In this document: piece by piece, positions 57,841 through 64,000 of the stretch
Layout: every line of letters starts with the position of its first letter
Position numbering within the stretch: the first letter of the stretch is position 1
Assembly (NCBI GenBank): GCA_965219415.1
Contig: CBDCNP010000002.1
Span: forward strand, 352,001-416,000
Length of the DNA: 64,000 nt
Direction of reading: 5' to 3'
From: Candidatus Marinacidobacterales bacterium
Lineage (GTDB): Bacteria > Acidobacteriota > Vicinamibacteria > Marinacidobacterales > DATDRI01
The notes under the pieces: generated by a model
What the model was told of the DNA's origin: nothing
The model's database searches: none
The model's input: only the letters and a program-made list of their open reading frames with translations
Position numbers and translations under genes: made by a program

Positions 57841-59487
57841 TCAACTCCGGCACCGGTAGATTTCCTTCATTTGGTCGAGCTCGGATGACATCTTGGAATC
57901 GTCCCAATTCAGCTCGCCAGCCATGATGGTGGCACACGATTTCAAGCACTCGCCTCCCGGGTGCCCGGCCGAGCCAAGCTCGGTGCGTCGCATCACGACG
58001 CTGGCTAGGTCCGTCGCCTGCTCCTCCCGGATCGCATGAATCACTTCCGCTCTCAAGACAGGTGCACCTTCTTTCACGGGTTGGGCGCATGCCGGTTCTT
58101 CATCGATGTACGCCAGGATTCGTCGGTACTCCGAGCCATAGGTGTAAACGAGATGACGGACGCACTCATCGTCCAAACCATGGGGCCTTCGTTTCGTCTC
58201 CCGATCTAGGAAGTCTGAGAAACTCTCGATCGCCCCTCCAAAAACGGGAGTGCTGGCGGTGCGGCATGGCGGCGGCTCCTTCCCAAGCACCTGGAAGACC
58301 TGCGTGATCGCCTTTTCCGCCACGTCGCGCGCCGTGGTGTACTTGACGCCCACCATGCTAACGAGTCCTTCCAAGCCCTCTCGGCGGTGATCGTGAATCC
58401 GATACTGCTTGACGAGCTTGACTGGCGCGACGCCGTTGTTGTTTTTGTCCGGCGGCACCATCGGGAGGAGTCCCCGGTGTACGAGGCGGACATCCTCGCG
58501 GCGTAGTTTGCCGGCCGGATAGCCACTATTGACTTCGTCCAAGAGCTCTTGGACGTCCTCTTCCTTCGCCTCGAAGTCGTCAACATCCCCGTCATAGACG
58601 GCGTGCCTCGTACCGACCATCGACAAGCCCCGCCACGGTATGACGAATAGAATCTGATTATGCTTGCTGGTCACCCCAACCGCGACATCTTTTACGATGG
58701 GCCGGGTGACTAGATTCGTCGCCTTCGAGAAATAGAAGAATCGGGGTAGATTCGTCCCCTCCAAACCATCGAGCATGCGATCGACCCATGGACCCGCGGC
58801 GTTCAAGACGACGCGTCCTTTGATCTCGAGCTCCGTTTGTCCGATGCGATCTTTGGCCGAGATTCCTCGTACTCGGTCTCCATCGCGAAGGAAGCCGGTC
58901 GCTTCGACATAATTAGCAACGCGTGCGCCTGCCTCGTCGGCCGACAGGACGAACGATAGTGTCAAACGGTCGGAGTTATAGATCTGGGCGTCATACCAAA
59001 GCGCAGCTCCGGTCAACCCTCGTTCCTCGACGCCGGGGACCCATCGCTGGCACTCGGCGCGTGAGATGGTCCTGCCCGGAGGAAGGAATTTCTCGGAATC
59101 GAGATTTCGGTTCCGATCGAAACTCACCACGTCGTTCAAGAAGAGAGCGGCTGCCAGGATGGAACGACGGCGGAGCCCTTTGCGGTAGGTCGGCAAGAGA
59201 AACGGTAGCGGATGGACGAGATGTGGGGCTATCCGCATTAGGGTGCGTCGCTCCCGGACCGACTCGCGCATGCGGGGCAGATCGGCGTGTTGAAGATAGC
59301 GGAGGCCGCCGTGAACCGTCTTTAGGTTGTTGAAGGAAGTGGCCCCGCCGAAATCCCCCTTATCCACCAGGGCAACCGAGAGCCCCCGGAGAGCGGCATC
59401 CCATGCCGCAGCCGCTCCGTATACACCGGCCCCGACAATTACCAGATCGAACTCCTGGTTTTCGAAAGTAGCGAGGTCTCGCTGCAT
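57841..59487 (-). CDS. glpD: FAD-dependent glycerol-3-phosphate dehydrogenase/oxidase
   Basis: GAGVYG, DFGGATS..KTVHGGLRYL, NAAGPWVD, KYTTAR, MRRT. Confidence 0.85.
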   Translation of the reverse strand: MQRDLATFENQEFDLVIVGAGVYGAAAAWDAALRGLSVALVDKGDFGGATSFNNLKTVHGGLRYLQHADLPRMRESVRERRTLMRIAPHLVHPLPFLLPTYRKGLRRRSILAAALFLNDVVSFDRNRNLDSEKFLPPGRTISRAECQRWVPGVEERGLTGAALWYDAQIYNSDRLTLSFVLSADEAGARVANYVEATGFLRDGDRVRGISAKDRIGQTELEIKGRVVLNAAGPWVDRMLDGLEGTNLPRFFYFSKATNLVTRPIVKDVAVGVTSKHNQILFVIPWRGLSMVGTRHAVYDGDVDDFEAKEEDVQELLDEVNSGYPAGKLRREDVRLVHRGLLPMVPPDKNNNGVAPVKLVKQYRIHDHRREGLEGLVSMVGVKYTTARDVAEKAITQVFQVLGKEPPPCRTASTPVFGGAIESFSDFLDRETKRRPHGLDDECVRHLVYTYGSEYRRILAYIDEEPACAQPVKEGAPVLRAEVIHAIREEQATDLASVVMRRTELGSAGHPGGECLKSCATIMAGELNWDDSKMSSELDQMKEIYRCRS

Positions 59488-59550
59488 GATTTCAGGGGCG
59501 CCTTCTTCTGATAAACAGATACTATAATAAAGTCGACACTGGGAGGTTGA

Positions 59551-60342
59551 ATGCCGTCGGAGACCGCCACAACGATCGATCCCACTTCACCGCTGGGACG
59601 AGTCCAGAAATATTGGAACGAGCGGATCCATGACCTCGAGATGACCTCCCACGAGCCCGGGAGCCGGGACTTCTTCGCCGACCTCGACGAATATCGATTC
59701 GATAAATTACGCTATCTCCCCAAGCTGGTGGATTTTTCCGGCTATAAGGGGAGGCGTCTACTCGAAGTCGGTTGCGGAATCGGAACGGACTTGGTTCGCT
59801 TCGCCAAGGGAGGAGCGCACGCGGTCGGAGTCGATTTCTCCAGTACCGCTCTAGGTCTTGCCCAGAAGAACGCCGATTGCTCGGAGGTCTCGGTCGAGCT
59901 TCACCTTGCCAACGGGGAAGATCTCCCCTTCGATGACGGCTCCTTCGACATCGTTTATGGCCACGGCGTCTTGCAGTACACGGCCAATCCCGAAAAGATG
60001 GTCGCAGAGTGCCGCAGGGTCTTGGTGCCCGACGGCCAGGCCATCTTCATGGTCTACAACCGAGTCTCTTGGTTGAATGCGCTCTCCAAACTCATGAAAG
60101 TTCCGCTCGAGCACGAGGACGCACCGGTGCTAAAAAAGTATTCGATCGGGGAGTTTCGGCGGCTATTGAGCGGCTTCGGTAGAGCCCGCATCGTTCCCGA
60201 ACGGTTTCCGGTACGCTCGCGCCTTCATGGCGGATGGAAGGGCTTCGTCTACAACAACCTCTTCGTTGGCCTCTTCCAGTTCCTCCCAAGACCCATGGTT
60301 CGGCCGTTAGGCTGGCATCTGATGGCGTTTTGTCGACGTTAG
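59551..60342 (+). CDS. Class I SAM-dependent methyltransferase
   Basis: LLEVGCGIGTD, LPFDDGSFD; GGGAGG RBS and TATAAT upstream. Confidence 0.9.
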   Translation: MPSETATTIDPTSPLGRVQKYWNERIHDLEMTSHEPGSRDFFADLDEYRFDKLRYLPKLVDFSGYKGRRLLEVGCGIGTDLVRFAKGGAHAVGVDFSSTALGLAQKNADCSEVSVELHLANGEDLPFDDGSFDIVYGHGVLQYTANPEKMVAECRRVLVPDGQAIFMVYNRVSWLNALSKLMKVPLEHEDAPVLKKYSIGEFRRLLSGFGRARIVPERFPVRSRLHGGWKGFVYNNLFVGLFQFLPRPMVRPLGWHLMAFCRR

Positions 60343-60353
60343 CCTGCCCGCCG

Positions 60354-61058
60354 CTACTCCTTTACTTGGAACGACGGTCCATTTTTTATAGCGAAAGTCT
60401 GCCCGTCGAAACTCGCCTCGACCGAGTGATCCTGTCGATAGGATACGTCGTCGCCCTTGACCGTGAACCAGCGGTCGGCGGTGAGACGAACCGAGTCCCC
60501 GTCTCGAACGAACGTACCCGATCCGGCCATCGCCTCGCCTTCCGGTGTGGCCACCAAGATAAAGTGGTCGTCGGTCAGAGCCAGATATCCGTGGTCGAGA
60601 TTCACGATTTGAGCGGATCCATCGTCTACCCTCTTGAACTTCTGGATGGTGCTGGTGCCGAACGTCACGGTAAGCTCGTCGCTGGCTCGCTCTACCACCA
60701 AATCGTGTTGCCCCTCGCGATTCTCGGCGAGCGGCTTCTCAGCATCGGGGAACACTACCAGGCCCAAATCGGCAAAAAGCTTGAGAGCATCCCCGTCTAC
60801 CCGATAGGAGCCCGCGTGGGCTTGCCCCACCTGATCCTCGAGCGGCCCCGCTCCTCCGATCGCCTGTTGGACGAAGTGTCCGTCGTGAAAAAGGAAGAGA
60901 CCTACGATGGGCGTTTGCTCCTGCCCCCCGGATTGAATCGTCGTATAAGCCCAAAGACCTTGTACCATCTCTTCGACCGACTCCTCTGATTCATGTGCCA
61001 CCGTACTCACCGAGGCCAGCAGCGCCGCGAGCACTACCGTGAGACGCAATCCGTTCAT
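60354..61058 (-). CDS. Secreted hypothetical protein with two lipocalin-like repeats
   Basis: Signal peptide; GLW; repeated AG[S/T][YF]..DGD.[LV].L.AD. Confidence 0.6.
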   Translation of the reverse strand: MNGLRLTVVLAALLASVSTVAHESEESVEEMVQGLWAYTTIQSGGQEQTPIVGLFLFHDGHFVQQAIGGAGPLEDQVGQAHAGSYRVDGDALKLFADLGLVVFPDAEKPLAENREGQHDLVVERASDELTVTFGTSTIQKFKRVDDGSAQIVNLDHGYLALTDDHFILVATPEGEAMAGSGTFVRDGDSVRLTADRWFTVKGDDVSYRQDHSVEASFDGQTFAIKNGPSFQVKE

Positions 61059-61172
61059 TAGGCCTCCCTTTCGCTGCTTTCAGCGCGGACCTTAACAGCG
61101 ACGCTCCGCCGGTGTCAATCCCTTTTAAAATGCTCGTTTCGGCTATAAGATGAGCCCGGAAGAGGAGGTGTC

Positions 61173-61586
61173 ATGAAGAAGTTAGTGCTCATCGCTGTTC
61201 TCGTTCTATTTTCCCAAACATTGGAAGCCTCGGGCAACAAGCTCGTCGGCGCCTGGGACACGCATAGTTATGTCATCGAAGGCAAGACCCATGCACTGGA
61301 CGGTATTATCATTTTTACTGAGAACTACTTCGCAGGCACCGCCTACTCGAGCTTCTCCGGTGGAGAAATGGACGACTCCAACGCCAACGCCGGAACTTAC
61401 ACCATCGAGGGAAACAAGGTCACTTTCCAGCAGCAGGTGCAGATCCACATCCGCCCCGGCGACAAGAAAGAACCGATCTTCTATGGGAAGGATGTGCCAG
61501 AAGAAGCGACCTTCAAGGTCGACGGCGACAATCTCACCATCTACTTCCCGTCAGGCACCAAGTACCTGGCTAAACGCCTGGAATAG
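61173..61586 (+). CDS. Secreted lipocalin-like protein
   Basis: GAGGAGG RBS; signal peptide; LVGAW, AGTYTIEGN. Confidence 0.65.
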   Translation: MKKLVLIAVLVLFSQTLEASGNKLVGAWDTHSYVIEGKTHALDGIIIFTENYFAGTAYSSFSGGEMDDSNANAGTYTIEGNKVTFQQQVQIHIRPGDKKEPIFYGKDVPEEATFKVDGDNLTIYFPSGTKYLAKRLE

Positions 61587-61595
61587 CGCACATTT

Positions 61596-61636
61596 TTAGA
61601 TCCGACCCCTGTTATATAACAGGGGGTCGGATCTAA
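61596..61636. terminator. Long inverted repeat between convergent genes (bidirectional terminator/REP-like)
   Basis: TTAGATCCGACCCCTGTTA-ta-TAACAGGGGGTCGGATCTAA (one extra G in right arm). Confidence 0.7.
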
Positions 61637-62184
61637 TAGTGTGACACTTTTGTTACTTTTGGTTACGAACCGTTAGCGCTTCCTTCGCAGCAGCCACCTC
61701 GGCCACCGGGACGTCCGCCTCTCCCCATAAGGAAAGAAACTGCTCGTACATCGCCTTGGCCTCGGCACGCCGCCCCATCTGTTCGTACAGTTTTCCGAGT
61801 TGATAGTGGGCCTTGACGTAATGGATGGGTATGTCGAGTCGGGCATCGGTGAGCTCGATCAGGCGGACCAACTCCTTCTCGGCTTCTTCGTGCCTGCCCG
61901 ATGCAGCATAGGCACGAGCCAGCGTCTCCCTATAGAGAGGATGGTCGTAGGATTGAATCGCCAGGGGGAAATTGACGAGCGCGTCCTCAGCACGGCCGCG
62001 CGCCAATAGGATTTCCCCGTTGAGATGATAGAAGCGCCGAATGTGGGGCGCGAACTCTTCCTGCAGCGTGGCATCACCAATGATCCTCAATTGATTGCCA
62101 GCCTTGTGCAGTCGATCCTGCTTGATCTCCAACAGTCCCATCAGGTGTTGCAGATCGAGATTGAGGTCGCTCACCGAATGCACA

Positions 62185-63584
62185 GAGTTATAACCAGAAG
62201 TTGTGGATCGCCTGAATGAGAAAGGCGGCGTATCCTTCCATGTAAGACAAAGGCCAAACCGGTTTTAGCGAACCGGAGGAAGGAAACGCCACCGATGCTG
62301 AGGATACAAGATCCACCGAAGGAAACGAAACATGAGGAAGTCGGGACTGCGCTCGATGAGCTGGCTCGTGAGGGGGCGCGTCGAATGTTGATGACGGCGC
62401 TGGAGGAGGAAGTCGGAGACTACATCGAAAGCCACTCTCCGGAACGAGACGAGAACGGACACGCGAGCGTAGTCCGCAACGGTCGAGCTCGAGCCCGCAA
62501 AGTGACGATGGGCTGCGGAACGATGGAAGTCGAGGCGCCGCGAGTCAACGACAAGCGGGTGATCGATGGAGAACGTCAGCGCTTCACGAGCAGCATCTTA
62601 CCTCCGTATATGCGTCGCTCCCCGAAGGTGAGTGAGGTTTTGCCGTTGCTGTACTTGCGCGGATTGTCGACGAACGATTTCGGGCCTGCGCTGAAGGAGC
62701 TGCTGGGCGAGGAGGCTTCGGGGCTTTCGTCGACGGCGATCACGAGGCTGACGGCGAAATGGCAGTCGGAGTACGAAGAGTTTCGGAAACGAGACTTGAG
62801 CCGCGAGGATTACGCGTACATCTGGGTCGACGGCGTTCACTTCAATGTTCGTCTCGAAGACGACAGGCTTTGCACCCTTGTCGTTCTTGGTGTTCGGGCG
62901 GATGGGACGAAGGAGCTGCTCGCGGTGGAGGACGGTTATCGAGAGAGCGAGGAGAGCTGGGCGTACGTGCTGAGGGAACTAGATCGCCGCGGGATGAAAC
63001 CTCCTCTTCTCGCCATCGGAGACGGCGCCTTGGGATTCTGGGCTGCGGTTCGAAACGTATGGCCGGAAACCCGTCACCAGTTGTGCTGCGTTCACAAGAC
63101 AAAAAACGTCCTCGACAAGCTACCGAGGCGTCTTCATGGCCGTGTGAAGGGTGCCCTGAACGAGATCGTCAAGGCTGAGACCAGGGAGCAGGCGGAAGAA
63201 GCTCTTGAGCGGTTCGAATCGGACTACGGGGCCAAGTACCCCAAGGCTGTCGCATCCCTGACCAAGCACCAGGACAAACTCCTGACGTTCTACGATTTCC
63301 CCGCCGAGCACTGGGAGCACATCCGAACCGCCAACCCCATCGAGTCGGCGTTCGCCACGGTGCGACTCCGGCAGAGAGTTACCAAGGGAGCAGGCTCCCG
63401 TTCGAAAACCCTCCTCATGGCCTACAAGTTACTCGACATGGCGAGCCAACGATGGCGCCGGGTGAACGCCCCCGCACTTGTCGCTCGGATACTTGAGGGA
63501 GAGAAGTTCGTCGACGGATTAAACGAAGAAGCGAGGAACGCCGCTTGACTCAGAAAGTTGATCCACAACTCTTGACAATATCTC
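62185..63584 (+). mobile_element. IS256-family insertion sequence, 1400 bp
   Basis: Imperfect TIRs GAGTTATAACCAGAAGTTGTGGATC / revcomp GAGATATTGTCAAGAGTTGTGGATC; flanking 9-bp duplication GAATGCACA (62176-62184) / GAATGCGCA (63585-63593). Confidence 0.92.
62295..63548 (+). CDS. IS256-family (Mutator-type) DDE transposase
   Basis: VRNG, LYLRGLST.DF, YIWVDG, IGDGALGFW, QLCCVHK, IRTANPIES. Confidence 0.95.
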   Translation: MLRIQDPPKETKHEEVGTALDELAREGARRMLMTALEEEVGDYIESHSPERDENGHASVVRNGRARARKVTMGCGTMEVEAPRVNDKRVIDGERQRFTSSILPPYMRRSPKVSEVLPLLYLRGLSTNDFGPALKELLGEEASGLSSTAITRLTAKWQSEYEEFRKRDLSREDYAYIWVDGVHFNVRLEDDRLCTLVVLGVRADGTKELLAVEDGYRESEESWAYVLRELDRRGMKPPLLAIGDGALGFWAAVRNVWPETRHQLCCVHKTKNVLDKLPRRLHGRVKGALNEIVKAETREQAEEALERFESDYGAKYPKAVASLTKHQDKLLTFYDFPAEHWEHIRTANPIESAFATVRLRQRVTKGAGSRSKTLLMAYKLLDMASQRWRRVNAPALVARILEGEKFVDGLNEEARNAA

Positions 63585-64000
63585 GAATGCGCAAGCTGCA
63601 ACGCCTCTCCGTAGGCTTCCGCCACACCCTCTAACTCCCCGATTTCGCTCAGGAAGTAGCCCACGTACAAGAGTCGATGCGCTTCGGCTCTTGAATCGCC
63701 TCTCTTGGACGCTAACTCCCGCCCGGCTTTCTTGCTTGCCGTAGCCTCCTTGAAGCGTCCCTGGTACAGCTCGATGAGCGCTAGCTCGTCGTAGGCTTTT
63801 TCGCGGGTCTCGGACGCTTGTCGTCGGAGGAGCGGCTCCACCGTCCGGCGCGCTTCGTCGAACTCACCTTGCAAGACCGCGGTTCGCGCCAGTTCGATTC
63901 GCGCCTCGATGTCGTCCGGGTGCCCTTTCAGCCTTTCGTCGAAGAGGACGCGCGCCCCGTCAAAATCGGCTTCGCGCCTCGAGAGAATCCCAGCCGCCAA

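Larger units (their letters stand above)
61653..64000 (-). pseudogene. TPR-repeat protein gene interrupted by IS256-family element (5' part beyond window)
   Basis: Removing the IS and one target copy joins ...YGEALQLAHS to VSDLNLDLQH... in frame; TPR motifs on both sides. Confidence 0.85.

Noticed and set aside
1-64000. tRNA/rRNA genes, prophage, integrase
   Set aside because: None recognised in intergenic regions or ORF translations by manual reading

Overview
GC-rich bacterial chromosomal window. Gene content (Ser/Thr kinase-PD40, TPR proteins, M14/M23/M55 peptidases, TonB receptor, MglA-like fusion) suggests Acidobacteriota/Vicinamibacteria, but this is inference. About ten genes are broken by single-base indels, most likely long-read assembly errors. 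Backbone: AddAB-type helicase-nuclease, a peptidase/symporter cluster, aminotransferases, SDRs, sulfatase, rhomboid, VapBC, czcCBA/cusCBA-like efflux, ampG, glpD, and an IS256-family element (TIRs plus 9-bp target duplication) that splits a TPR gene. Most notable: (1) a three-gene RiPP-like locus, HprK-related kinase -> PqqD/RRE domain fused to a twin-arginine-like leader and a 46-aa 10-Cys core -> nucleotidyltransferase; (2) a BCP peroxiredoxin missed by the ORF track, with an in-frame TGA at the catalytic Cys and a SECIS-like hairpin (probable selenoprotein); (3) two integrase-less cargo blocks each bracketed by a duplicated, diverged gene 3' end; (4) three PilZ proteins with unusual C-terminal domains; (5) an MglA-GTPase/GAF/pseudo-histidine-kinase fusion; (6) a QLDLF clamp-binding-like motif in AddB.
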